Source: Ruminococcus albus 7 = DSM 20455
GTDB lineage: Bacteria > Bacillota > Clostridia > Oscillospirales > Ruminococcaceae
NCBI RefSeq assembly: GCF_000179635.2
Contig: NC_014833.1
Span: 2,610,001-2,642,000, forward strand
Length of the DNA: 32,000 nucleotides
Direction: 5' to 3'
Each line of letters starts with the position of its first letter. Position 1 is the stretch's first letter. This document shows, in pieces, positions 8,593-17,373 of this stretch. Position numbers and translations under genes: made by a program. The notes under the pieces were generated by a model. That model worked only from the letters and a program-made list of their open reading frames with translations, made no database searches and was not told the origin of the DNA.

Positions 8593-8904
8593 ATGTACGC
8601 AGTAATTGAAACAGGCGGAAAGCAGTATCAGGTAAAGGCAGGCGATGAGCTCTTCATCGAGAAGCTGAACGTTAATGCTGATGACAGCGTTACTTTTGAC
8701 AAGGTAATGGCAGTTGGTTCTGATGCAGGTATCAAGGTTGGCGCTCCTTACGTTGAGGGTGCAACTGTATCCGCAAAGGTAGTCAAGAACGGCAAGGCTA
8801 AGAAGATCACAGTCTTCACCTACAAGCCCAAGAAGGGTGAGAAGAGGAAGATGGGTCACAGACAGCCCTACACCAAGGTAGTTATCGAAGCTATCAACGC
8901 ATAA
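8593..8904 (+). CDS. rplU: 50S ribosomal protein L21
   Basis: [18 protein letters not shown]... The upstream part of the track ORF (8527-8592) is treated as leader, not coding. Confidence 0.95.
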   Translation: MYAVIETGGKQYQVKAGDELFIEKLNVNADDSVTFDKVMAVGSDAGIKVGAPYVEGATVSAKVVKNGKAKKITVFTYKPKKGEKRKMGHRQPYTKVVIEAINA

Positions 8905-8920
8905 TTTGTGAGTTGGTCTT

Positions 8921-9232
8921 ATGATCGCCGCAGATTTTTTCAAGAATGAGAGCGATATGCTTACAGGCTTTCGCGTTTCGGGTCATGCAGGTCTGGCAGA
9001 TCTCGGGTATGATGTTTGCTGTGCAAGTGTCAGTTCCGCTGTTATGATGGCGGCTAACACCCTCACTGAGGCTTTCAAGCTGGAGGCTGATATCGAGGTG
9101 GGTGAAGACGAGATAAAGCTTACCATGAAAGATACCGATGAGAACGCGGATAAAGTCCTGATGGGACTGCTCATCCATCTGTACAATCTGAAGGATGAAT
9201 TTCCGGGGCATATCAAGCTGAAAGTCGGCTGA
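8921..9232 (+). CDS. prp: Ribosomal-processing cysteine protease Prp (YsxB family)
   Basis: 103 aa, located between rplU and rpmA. Carries GFRVSGHAG and DVCCASVSS (His/Cys dyad region). Confidence 0.9.
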   Translation: MIAADFFKNESDMLTGFRVSGHAGLADLGYDVCCASVSSAVMMAANTLTEAFKLEADIEVGEDEIKLTMKDTDENADKVLMGLLIHLYNLKDEFPGHIKLKVG

Positions 9233-9268
9233 GCTGACTTATCACGTTACATGGAGGTGTAATTTCAA

Positions 9269-9550
9269 ATGATAAAGATCTCAATGCAGTTTTTCGCTCA
9301 TAAAAAGGGAATGGGTTCTACAAAGAACGGCCGTGAGTCCGAGTCCAAGAGACTTGGTGTAAAGAGAGCTGACGGACAGTTCGTACTGGCCGGCAACATC
9401 CTGGTTCGCCAGAGAGGTACTCACATTCACCCCGGTGAGAACGTTAAGCGTGGTTCTGATGACACTCTGTTCGCAACCAGCGACGGTGTTGTAAGATTTG
9501 AAAGAATGGGTAAGGACCGTAAGAAGGTTTCTGTTTATCCTCAGGCTTAA
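9269..9550 (+). CDS. rpmA: 50S ribosomal protein L27 with N-terminal propeptide
   Basis: [32 protein letters not shown]. The ...QFFA-HKKG extension is the Firmicute Prp cleavage context. Confidence 0.95.
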   Translation: MIKISMQFFAHKKGMGSTKNGRESESKRLGVKRADGQFVLAGNILVRQRGTHIHPGENVKRGSDDTLFATSDGVVRFERMGKDRKKVSVYPQA

Positions 9551-9562
9551 TTGCGAAAAGAC

Positions 9563-9596
9563 AGACCCTGAGCTTACTTTGCTCGGGGTCTTTTTA
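9563..9596 (+). terminator. Rho-independent terminator after rpmA
   Basis: agaccctgagc-ttacttt-gctcggggtct followed by TTTT. Confidence 0.8.
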
Positions 9597-9704
9597 TAAG
9601 AGAGAAAAAGACAAAAGAAACAACAAAAACAAGGTATACAAGGCTACATAAATACATCCCGCGTATACTATACAAATGTCAACATTTTTTTGAGGACGAC
9701 AAAA

Positions 9705-10460
9705 ATGAACAATAATCAGAATATCAATAGAGAGCTGAGCAAGTCCTACTTTAAATTCGGACTTGTTGTTATCTGCATAACTCTCGCTGTTTTTGCGTAT
9801 AAAAGCTTTTTCGGCTACAGAGATGTCAGGATGTACGAAACCTATGACAACTGTACTGTTACTACAAGTTCAAAGCAGCACAGGGGTTCAAAGGGTGCTA
9901 TGATAACAACGTATTACGTAAAGGTAGTCTGTGAAGACCCTGCCATTGTCAGCAGTGAGGCTGATGATACTGATGAAGAAACACAGCCAAAAGAAAGCAG
10001 GATGAAGGTCAACATAAACTACAACAGCGAAAGTGACAGCGAAAAAGAAGACTCAGCTGTGCTGTTTTCGGATCACGTTCCTTATGAGTATTACAAGCTT
10101 TTCAGGAATTACAGCAGCTCAAAGGTGACTATGTATACCACAGACTGGGGCAGGCACTATCCTGTTTCGACGGTAGACTGTGACAAAGCGAAAGCAGAGC
10201 GCGACTACAGAAAGCTGGATCCTCCCACCGGAACGCAGTTTTTGCTGGGAATATTCGGCGCCATCGGGTTATTGAATATATTCCTTGGATTAAAGTCAAA
10301 GAGTGTAGCCGATAATTACAGCAGCGACAGAGTATACGTACCCGATTTTGCTTTCAAGGATAAAGAAGACGCTCTTGCAGGCATGGCACACGCAAGGATA
10401 CAGCGTGAAAAGGAAGAGGAATACAGGCGCAGAGAGCGCAACGACAGAGGTTTTTACTGA
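9705..10460 (+). CDS. Hypothetical two-TM membrane protein (TM, acidic/beta-rich domain, TM, charged tail)
   Basis: ATG 9705 lies 8 nt after GAGGA; the track ORF starts at TTG 9690. TM segments are FGLVVICITLAVFAY and FLLGIFGAIGLLNIFLGL. I recognise no family signature. Confidence 0.7.
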   Translation: MNNNQNINRELSKSYFKFGLVVICITLAVFAYKSFFGYRDVRMYETYDNCTVTTSSKQHRGSKGAMITTYYVKVVCEDPAIVSSEADDTDEETQPKESRMKVNINYNSESDSEKEDSAVLFSDHVPYEYYKLFRNYSSSKVTMYTTDWGRHYPVSTVDCDKAKAERDYRKLDPPTGTQFLLGIFGAIGLLNIFLGLKSKSVADNYSSDRVYVPDFAFKDKEDALAGMAHARIQREKEEEYRRRERNDRGFY

Positions 10461-10521
10461 TATTTCATGTGATATCTTTTTAATACATAGAAATTACCGG
10501 TTATGATAAGGAGGTCGGAGA

Positions 10522-11799
10522 ATGTTCGTCGATCAGGCAAAAATCTATATCAAAGCAGGCGACGGCGGCGATGGTGCGGTATCGTTCCACCGTGAGAAGT
10601 ATGTCGCAGCAGGCGGTCCCGATGGAGGTGACGGCGGAAAAGGCGGAGATATCATCTTTAAGGTCGATGACAACATCTCGAACCTTATTGACTTCAGATA
10701 CAAGAAAAAATACGTGGCTGAAAAGGGTCAGAACGGCGGCGCGAAGAATTCCTACGGAAGAAGCGCTCAGGATCTTGTGATAAAAGTACCCAGGGGCACA
10801 GTTATCAGGGATGCCGATACGGGCAGGATACTGGCTGATATGTCAGCTGACGAGCCTGTATGTGTCGCACACGGCGGCAAGGGCGGCAGAGGTAATGCTC
10901 ATTTTGCCACATCTACAAGACAGATACCAAGATTCGCTAAACCGGGCTTCAGGGGCGAGGAATTCAATATAACCCTTGAGCTGAAGCTGCTGGCAGACGT
11001 GGGTCTGGTGGGATTCCCCAATGTGGGCAAATCCACACTTATATCAGTTGTATCTGCTGCAAAGCCGAAGATAGCCAACTACCACTTCACAACACTTGTA
11101 CCTGTACTTGGTGTTGTTAAGGTCGGGGAAGAAAGGTCATTTGTTATGGCTGACATTCCCGGACTTATTGAAGGCGCAAGCGAGGGCGTAGGTCTCGGGC
11201 ACGAGTTTTTAAGACACGTTGAAAGATGCAGACTTATCGTCCATGTGGTGGATGTATCGGGTATCGAGGGTCGTGACCCTATCGAGGATTTTGAAGCTAT
11301 AAACAAGGAACTTGCTAATTTCTCGGAGGACTTAGCGGCTGCACCTCAGATAGTAGCTGCCAACAAGACCGATATGGCTACCCCCGAACAGATAGCAAGG
11401 TTCAAGGAATACATCGAAAAGCTGGAGCTTCCCTACTACGAGATATCTGCTGCCACCACCAAGGGCACGCAGGAACTTATCTATGGTATAAACGAAAAGC
11501 TGGCTGAACTGCCGCCTGTAAAGAGATTCGAGGCTCAGCCCCTTACACGCGAGGAAGTCGAGAGGAAGAGCACAAACAACCGCGAATTCTCCATTACTGT
11601 GGAGGACGGAGTATACTTCGTGGAGGCAGACTGGCTGTACGATATACTCAGAGTTGCGGATATGGACGATTACTCATCACTGCAGTACTTCCAGAACGTT
11701 CTGGTATCCAGCGGCATAATAAGAAAGCTGGAAGCTATGGGCATTCAGGAGGGCGATACCGTTGCGGTGTTCGATTTCGAGTTTGAGTATATTCCGTAA
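10522..11799 (+). CDS. obg: GTPase Obg/CgtA
   Basis: MFVDQAKIYIKAGDGGDGAVSF, a glycine-rich Obg fold, G1 GFPNVGKST, DIPGLIEGA, NKTD and a C-terminal OCT-like domain. Confidence 0.97.
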   Translation: MFVDQAKIYIKAGDGGDGAVSFHREKYVAAGGPDGGDGGKGGDIIFKVDDNISNLIDFRYKKKYVAEKGQNGGAKNSYGRSAQDLVIKVPRGTVIRDADTGRILADMSADEPVCVAHGGKGGRGNAHFATSTRQIPRFAKPGFRGEEFNITLELKLLADVGLVGFPNVGKSTLISVVSAAKPKIANYHFTTLVPVLGVVKVGEERSFVMADIPGLIEGASEGVGLGHEFLRHVERCRLIVHVVDVSGIEGRDPIEDFEAINKELANFSEDLAAAPQIVAANKTDMATPEQIARFKEYIEKLELPYYEISAATTKGTQELIYGINEKLAELPPVKRFEAQPLTREEVERKSTNNREFSITVEDGVYFVEADWLYDILRVADMDDYSSLQYFQNVLVSSGIIRKLEAMGIQEGDTVAVFDFEFEYIP

Positions 11800-11810
11800 G
11801 GGAGATACCT

Positions 11811-12236
11811 ATGGATATCGAAATGACAGAGCACGAGGCTTATCAGTACGCTCCTCTTTCACTGGCTTTTCTGGGCGATGCGGTCTATGAACAGCTGGTG
11901 AGAACAAAGATACTTCTTGCGGCAGATATGCCCTCACACAAGCTGCACAAGCTGGCGGTGAGCAGGGTATGCGCGGAGTATCAGTCCGAATGTATGCTGC
12001 TTTTAATTGATAAAGACATACTTACGGAGAGAGAGTTATCTGTTTACAGGCGCGGACGCAACACTAAAGTTAATGCACCGAAGCATTCTACTATAGCCGA
12101 ATACCGCAACGCAACGGGGCTTGAATGCTTGTTCGGTTATTTATACCTTACAGCACAGCAGGAGCGTATAGATGTGCTGTTCAGTCTTTGCTGGGAACAC
12201 GGCGAGGACGAATTCAATGAAAAGATCAAGGAGTGA
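11811..12236 (+). CDS. mrnC: Mini-ribonuclease III
   Basis: 141 aa. Carries LAFLGDAVYEQLVR (RNase III-like signature) and ATGLECLFGYLYL. Confidence 0.85.
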   Translation: MDIEMTEHEAYQYAPLSLAFLGDAVYEQLVRTKILLAADMPSHKLHKLAVSRVCAEYQSECMLLLIDKDILTERELSVYRRGRNTKVNAPKHSTIAEYRNATGLECLFGYLYLTAQQERIDVLFSLCWEHGEDEFNEKIKE

Positions 12237-12241
12237 ATTTT

Positions 12242-12985
12242 ATGTCAGGACATTCAAAATGGGAAAATATCAAGAGAAAAAAGGGTGCTACCGACGCTGC
12301 GAGAGCTAAGATATTCACCAAGATAGGCAGAGAGATCGCAGTTGTAGTTAAGATGGGCGGTCCCGACCCTGCAGGCAACGCTAAGCTGAGAGATCTTATC
12401 GCTAAGGCAAAGGCTAACAACGTGCCTAACGACAACATCGACAGAATAATCAAGAAGGCTGCCGGCGACGGTGACAAGAACAACTACGAATCAATGGTAT
12501 ACGAGGGCTACGGTCCTAACGGTGTTGCTGTTATCGTTGAGTGCCTGACAGACAACAAGAACAGAACTGCTGCTGATGTAAGAAGCTATTTCAGCAAGTT
12601 CGGCGGAAACATGGGCAACTCGGGCTGCGTATCCTATCTGTTCTCTGATGTTGGTACTGTTGTTATCGAGAACAACGGTGCTGACGAGGATAAGATAATG
12701 GATGACGTTTTCGAGGCAGGTGCTGATGACTTCAACGTTGATGAAGATGTTATCGAGATCGCTTGCGCACCCAACAGCGTTACTGCTGTAAGAGAGGCGC
12801 TGGAAGGTCAGGGATACAAGGTACTTTCCGCTGAGGCAGACAAGATACCTTCCACTTACGTTACCCTTACAGACGAGGATTCCATCAAGAAGATGGGTCT
12901 GCTTCTGGAATATCTCGAGGATAACGATGATGTTCAGAACGTTTACCACAACTGGGAGAATATGCCCTCTGACGATGAGGAATAA
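12242..12985 (+). CDS. YebC/PmpR (TACO1) family transcriptional/translational regulator
   Basis: MSGHSKWENIKRKKG... ATG 12242 lies 9 nt after AAGGAG; the track ORF starts at GTG 12233. Confidence 0.95.
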   Translation: MSGHSKWENIKRKKGATDAARAKIFTKIGREIAVVVKMGGPDPAGNAKLRDLIAKAKANNVPNDNIDRIIKKAAGDGDKNNYESMVYEGYGPNGVAVIVECLTDNKNRTAADVRSYFSKFGGNMGNSGCVSYLFSDVGTVVIENNGADEDKIMDDVFEAGADDFNVDEDVIEIACAPNSVTAVREALEGQGYKVLSAEADKIPSTYVTLTDEDSIKKMGLLLEYLEDNDDVQNVYHNWENMPSDDEE

Positions 12986-13043
12986 TTGACCTTGAAAAAA
13001 ACGAGCCGACTGTTTTATATGCGGCGCTGATATAGAAGTTTTT

Positions 13044-13084
13044 CGCCATAGTATTTCTGATATTCAGTCAGAAGTACTATGGCG
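13044..13084 (+). repeat. REP-like hairpin (17-bp arms), copy 1
   Basis: cgccatagtatttctga-tattcag-tcagaagtactatggcg followed by tttc. It recurs on the minus strand at 26011-26049. Confidence 0.85.
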
Positions 13085-13090
13085 TTTCTA

Positions 13091-13119
13091 TTGACAGTGC
13101 AGAGATTATATGCTATAAT
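13091..13119 (+). promoter_or_regulatory. Perfect consensus promoter TTGACA-17-TATAAT for the PfkB kinase gene
   Basis: ttgaca (13091-13096), a 17-nt spacer, then tataat (13114-13119). Confidence 0.7.
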
Positions 13120-13173
13120 TGTTGCTAACATAAATCGTATTTTACTTTTCCAAAACAGAAAGGTTGGATAAAT

Positions 13174-13968
13174 GTGAATATTATTGCTATGACTTGTATG
13201 TGCGTAGATGTTTTTGATGATACTGGAGAAATCCGTCCCGGTGGTGAAGCATTGAACTTTGCTGCAATTGCATCACAATACAATCATATTTCAGTTGATC
13301 TTCTTGGTGCAATTGGTGACGATGATTATGGTAAGGCAATATTGAAATCTATTGAAAATAAACCTATCAACAAAGAGTTTATCCACATTATTCCAGGCTC
13401 TGCTACTGCAAACAATCGGATTTATCTTACTGAGAAAGGTGATAGATATTTCAAGGATGATTCATGGAACGGTGGTATTCATGACACATATCTTCTTAGC
13501 GATTCTGACAAGAACAGAATTGCAAGTGCTGATATTATCTTTATAACCTTTGATTCTCCTAATTTTGATGATGTATTAGAACTTAGAAAGAGTTGTCGTT
13601 TTCAGCTTGCCGTTGACTTCAACGTGCTAAGAGATTTTAAGAAAATAGAAACTATTGTACCGTACATTGACTTCTTTTTTATCAGTGGTGAGAAGAGTAT
13701 TCTTTTACAATTTCAAAAATGGTCTGAACGGTATGACAACATATTTAACATTACACTTGCAGAAAATGGCAGCGTTACTTATTATATGGGAAAAGAATAT
13801 AGAGTGGATGCTGTGCCTGTCAATAATGTAATTGATACAACTGGGTGCGGTGACAGTTATCATGCTGGCTTTCTTTGTTCATATTTGAGAGATTGTGATA
13901 TTATAAATGCAATGAATGAAGGTTCAAGAGTCGCTTCTAAAACATTAAGTCATATTGGCGGCTTTTAA
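13174..13968 (+). CDS. PfkB-family sugar kinase, FrlD (fructoselysine 6-kinase)-like
   Basis: 264 aa. Carries GGEALNFA, GDDDYGK and PfkB signature VIDTTGCGDSYHAGFLCSY. It resembles E. coli FrlD from memory in length and motifs. GTG start. It is visibly more A+T-rich than its neighbours. Confidence 0.85.
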   Translation: MNIIAMTCMCVDVFDDTGEIRPGGEALNFAAIASQYNHISVDLLGAIGDDDYGKAILKSIENKPINKEFIHIIPGSATANNRIYLTEKGDRYFKDDSWNGGIHDTYLLSDSDKNRIASADIIFITFDSPNFDDVLELRKSCRFQLAVDFNVLRDFKKIETIVPYIDFFFISGEKSILLQFQKWSERYDNIFNITLAENGSVTYYMGKEYRVDAVPVNNVIDTTGCGDSYHAGFLCSYLRDCDIINAMNEGSRVASKTLSHIGGF

Positions 13969-14037
13969 CGGGTATATGTTAATCTTGCAACATCAAATTC
14001 TGATTTGGTTTATCTTAGCAACATAAATAAACACAAT

Positions 14038-14067
14038 GCCCCGAAGCGAATTAAAACGCTTCGGGGC
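14038..14067. terminator. GC-rich hairpin at the 3' end of cassette 1
   Basis: gccccgaagcg-aattaaaa-cgcttcggggc. It is followed by AAAA in the cargo orientation, so the U-rich side is on the opposite strand. Confidence 0.6.
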
Positions 14068-14122
14068 AAAACTTCTATATTGGTATCCGCATTATGCTGT
14101 CGGCTTTTTTGTTTACATAAGG

Positions 14123-14156
14123 AAAAGCGACCGACACTGGATTGTCGGTCGCTTTT
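14123..14156 (-). terminator. Rho-independent terminator of the WG-repeat gene
   Basis: aaaagcgaccgaca-ctggat-tgtcggtcgctttt, with T-runs on both sides (bidirectional). Confidence 0.8.
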
Positions 14157-14171
14157 GTCGATATTCGATAT

Positions 14172-15674
14172 TCAATAATTAATAGCTATTCTTTCAGGAG
14201 GGTATATGAAGTCAAACATATTGTTACATATCTGTTCGCCCTTGCTGTCGATCACTGCATATTTATCCGAAGAGATCTGTACGACAGCGTAGCCATCTGA
14301 ATAGAATGGTGTTGCATACTCGTAGATGCCGGTGATATCTGCCTCGCCCTTATAATTTATGTAACCGTAGTTACGGTTTAGTTCGTATACCAGATGCTTA
14401 TTATCTTCACCGAACTTTAACTTGTCATACTGGGGTTCAATGATGGTCTTGCCCTTTTTATTGATGACGCCGTAAATCCCATAATCATTACTTTTGGAAT
14501 ATGTGCTGACGATAGCAACACCGTTATGGAAGCTGCTTGCAGAATCGTACTGAGGAGATATTACGTATTCGCCCTTTTTGTTGATATATCCGTAAAATGT
14601 GGAATTTTTGCCTTCTACACCCACAGGTGCTAGACCTTCAGCAAAGGCACCCGCTTTGTCAAACTGAGGATTTATGACACATTCGCCCTTCTTGTTGATG
14701 TAGCCGTACTTCTCATCGAAACCTACTGCCGCCATACCGTCAATGAATTGATCTGCTTCGTCGTACTGAGTTTCGATAACTGTCTTGCCCCTGCTGTTTA
14801 TGTATATGTAATTCCCTGTTATGGTCTTCAGGGGGATAGTCTTCCAGTCCACCTTATTCTTATCGCTGCCCCATTCTTCATTGTAGAAAGGGCAGATAGT
14901 TTCAAAATTAATGGGATAATCAAATCTTGTATCGTTGATACTCTTGCCCTTTTTATTGCACAGCGTCCAGAAATCGCCGCCGATATCTTTTATAAGGAAC
15001 ATATCATATCCGATATAGTAGACAGAATCGTCATTATACTGAGGGTTGATGATATACTTGCCCTTTTTGTTGATGTAGCCTATGCGACCGTCTACTAAAA
15101 CTTCTGCCATTCCGTCTTTGAAATCTGTAGCTCTGTCGTACTGCATATCTATGACGACATCGCCCTTTTTGTTGATGAAGCCTGTAAGTTCATCACCCTT
15201 TTTTTCTACGCTGACACAGGCAAGACCTTCGGAGAATCCATGGGCACGGTCATACATGGGAGCAATAGCTATCTCGCCCTTTTCATTGATGTAGCCGTAT
15301 TTACCATCGCTTTGGAATGGTACAAGACCATCACGGAAAAGGGTCTTTTTGTGCGAACCACCCGATGATATAAGCGATACAACACCGATGACGGCAACTG
15401 CCGCAACGACTGCCACGCCTGCAAGTATTCCGACTTTTTTAAGTTTCTTTTTATCAAGGGGCTTTTTTGCTGCTGCCGCTGAAGGCTGAGGGATAGTTTC
15501 CTGCTCCATGGTTGCTGCCTGTATTGGCGCCTCCGTGATCGGAGCCTGCTGTATGGGTGCATCCTGTATAGTTGGTACAGGCTGAGCATTTGCAGTGCCG
15601 CCTACTTTAGTTCCGCAGTTAGGGCAGAAGCTGAGACCCTCACCTATCTGCTGACCGCAATTTGAACAAAACAT
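14172..15674 (-). CDS. Zinc-ribbon + TM + WG-containing (KWG-type) repeat protein
   Basis: MFCSNCGQQIGEGLSFCPNCGTKV zinc ribbon, a Pro/Gln-rich linker, a TM (VGILAGVAVVAAVAVIGVV), then more than 8 repeats of the form GKYGYINKKGE-V/I-I-P-QYD-A--F--G-A-V. Confidence 0.85.
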   Translation of the reverse strand: MFCSNCGQQIGEGLSFCPNCGTKVGGTANAQPVPTIQDAPIQQAPITEAPIQAATMEQETIPQPSAAAAKKPLDKKKLKKVGILAGVAVVAAVAVIGVVSLISSGGSHKKTLFRDGLVPFQSDGKYGYINEKGEIAIAPMYDRAHGFSEGLACVSVEKKGDELTGFINKKGDVVIDMQYDRATDFKDGMAEVLVDGRIGYINKKGKYIINPQYNDDSVYYIGYDMFLIKDIGGDFWTLCNKKGKSINDTRFDYPINFETICPFYNEEWGSDKNKVDWKTIPLKTITGNYIYINSRGKTVIETQYDEADQFIDGMAAVGFDEKYGYINKKGECVINPQFDKAGAFAEGLAPVGVEGKNSTFYGYINKKGEYVISPQYDSASSFHNGVAIVSTYSKSNDYGIYGVINKKGKTIIEPQYDKLKFGEDNKHLVYELNRNYGYINYKGEADITGIYEYATPFYSDGYAVVQISSDKYAVIDSKGEQICNNMFDFIYPPERIAINY

Positions 15675-16119
15675 AGTTGATCCCTCCCTGTGGGATGACC
15701 ATTATCCCGTTGAAGATATTGGTATCCACATAATAGAATATGGTTATCCCTTTAATACACCATTACAAAGTGCTATATAACAATGGATCATCGTGTTGAT
15801 ATTACACCAAATCAATTGGTGTGTAAACGGGATAATCAGATAATAGAATATAACATTAATAATATATGTAAATTAACATCTGTAATAATAAGACCTAAGT
15901 ATTATATCATATCAGTATAAATATGTCAAGAAATCCGAGTCCCTGCGTAAATAAAATGTTAATAAAGTCAAAAGCAAAGCTATTATAGTTGAACGAATTA
16001 TAAATAATACTGCACATCATACACGGGCTGATACTATATATTATTAACATAGCGCGCAAGGACTTTACTTTTGCAAAGATTTATGTTATTATATAAAATG
16101 ATCAATTCTAATCGAAAGG

Positions 16120-17373
16120 ATGAACTTTTCTTTTATGGATATAGCTTTGATAGCACTGCTGCTGATACTCTCGGCAGTATGCTCGGCTACAGAAACAGCC
16201 TTTTCATCATGCAACAGGATAAGGCTGAAAAAAATGGCTGACGGCGGCAGCAGGAGCGCTGCTAAGGCACTTGATATATGCGAAAATTTCGATAAGGCTC
16301 TTACTGCCATACTTATCGGCAATAACGTGGTAAACATCGCATCATCGGCTATTGCAACAGTATTTTTCACGGAGAGATTCGGTTCGGGCAGCGTGGGTAT
16401 CGCTACGGCGGTAATGACGGTGCTGGTACTCATATTCGGTGAGATACTTCCGAAAAGTCTGGCTAAGGAGAATGCTGAGAGTTTCTCGATACTTATGGCG
16501 GCACCTCTGGCGGCTTTCATGTTTGTTATAACACCGCTGATATGGCTTTTCACGGGTATTAAAAAAGGCGTGGTGAAGCTGGTGGGCTCGGCAGATGAAA
16601 CACCTTCGGTTACGGAGGAGGAGCTCAAATACATCATCGAGGAGATAGAGGACGAAGGAGTGCTGGAGGAACAGGAATCCGATCTGGTACGTTCTGCCCT
16701 TGACTTCGATGAGATCACCATAAGCAGTATATTCGTGCCCAGGGTGAGCATAGCGGCGGTGGAGCTTGAGGATGATATCGAAGATATAAAGGATCTGTTC
16801 CTGAAAACAAAATACTCCCGTCTGCCTGTATACGAAAAGGACATAGACCATATAACAGGTGTGATACATCAGGCGGATTTCTTTGAGATGTATGTATCAA
16901 AGGGCAAGAAGGACATATCCCGAATACTCGGAGAACCTATATACATCACGGAGAGCAGGAAAATATCTGAAACGCTGAAACTGATGCAGAAGGAAAAGGT
17001 GCACATGGCAGTGGTGCTGGATCAGTACGGCGGTACTGCGGGGATATGCACGCTGGAGGATATCATCGAGGAACTCGTCGGGGAGATATACGACGAGAGC
17101 GACGAGGAAGACACCTCGTTCGTGAAGCTTTCGGACAATTCCTGCGAGGTATCTGCTGAACTTTCCATATCGGATTTTCTGGAGAGATGGGAGCTTGATG
17201 AGAACGCCATAGAAACGGAAAGACATTCCGTCGGCGGCTGGATAATGGAGCTTCTGGACAGGATACCCGAGGAGGGAGAGCGGATATTCTCACCTCCCTT
17301 TGAAATGGAGATACATATGCAGGACGATCAGAAGATAGGTCGGGTAAAAATAACTTTAACGGAGGATGAGTAA
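16120..17373 (+). CDS. CNNM/DUF21-CBS-CorC_HlyC family protein (hemolysin-like; putative Mg/Co efflux)
   Basis: 417 aa with an N-terminal multi-TM domain (SATETAFSSCNRIRLKKMA), a CBS pair region and a C-terminal transporter-associated domain. Confidence 0.9.
   Translation: MNFSFMDIALIALLLILSAVCSATETAFSSCNRIRLKKMADGGSRSAAKALDICENFDKALTAILIGNNVVNIASSAIATVFFTERFGSGSVGIATAVMTVLVLIFGEILPKSLAKENAESFSILMAAPLAAFMFVITPLIWLFTGIKKGVVKLVGSADETPSVTEEELKYIIEEIEDEGVLEEQESDLVRSALDFDEITISSIFVPRVSIAAVELEDDIEDIKDLFLKTKYSRLPVYEKDIDHITGVIHQADFFEMYVSKGKKDISRILGEPIYITESRKISETLKLMQKEKVHMAVVLDQYGGTAGICTLEDIIEELVGEIYDESDEEDTSFVKLSDNSCEVSAELSISDFLERWELDENAIETERHSVGGWIMELLDRIPEEGERIFSPPFEMEIHMQDDQKIGRVKITLTEDE

Larger units (their letters stand above)
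12995..14112 (+). mobile_element. Cassette 1: imperfect terminal inverted repeats enclosing hairpin + promoter + PfkB kinase gene + GC hairpin (no transposase)
   Basis: Left arm AGCCGAC..ATGCGG..ATATAGAAGTTTT (13004-13043) is the reverse complement of right arm AAAACTTCTATAT..CCGCAT..GTCGGCT (14068-14105). The arms are flanked by an A7 run and a T-run. The interior is homologous at both ends to 25515-26098. Confidence 0.4.

Noticed and set aside
16089-16869. 251-aa and 175-aa ORFs on the minus strand
   Set aside because: They are antisense to the CNNM/CBS gene. Their translations are Ser-rich and low-complexity, typical of the reverse frame.
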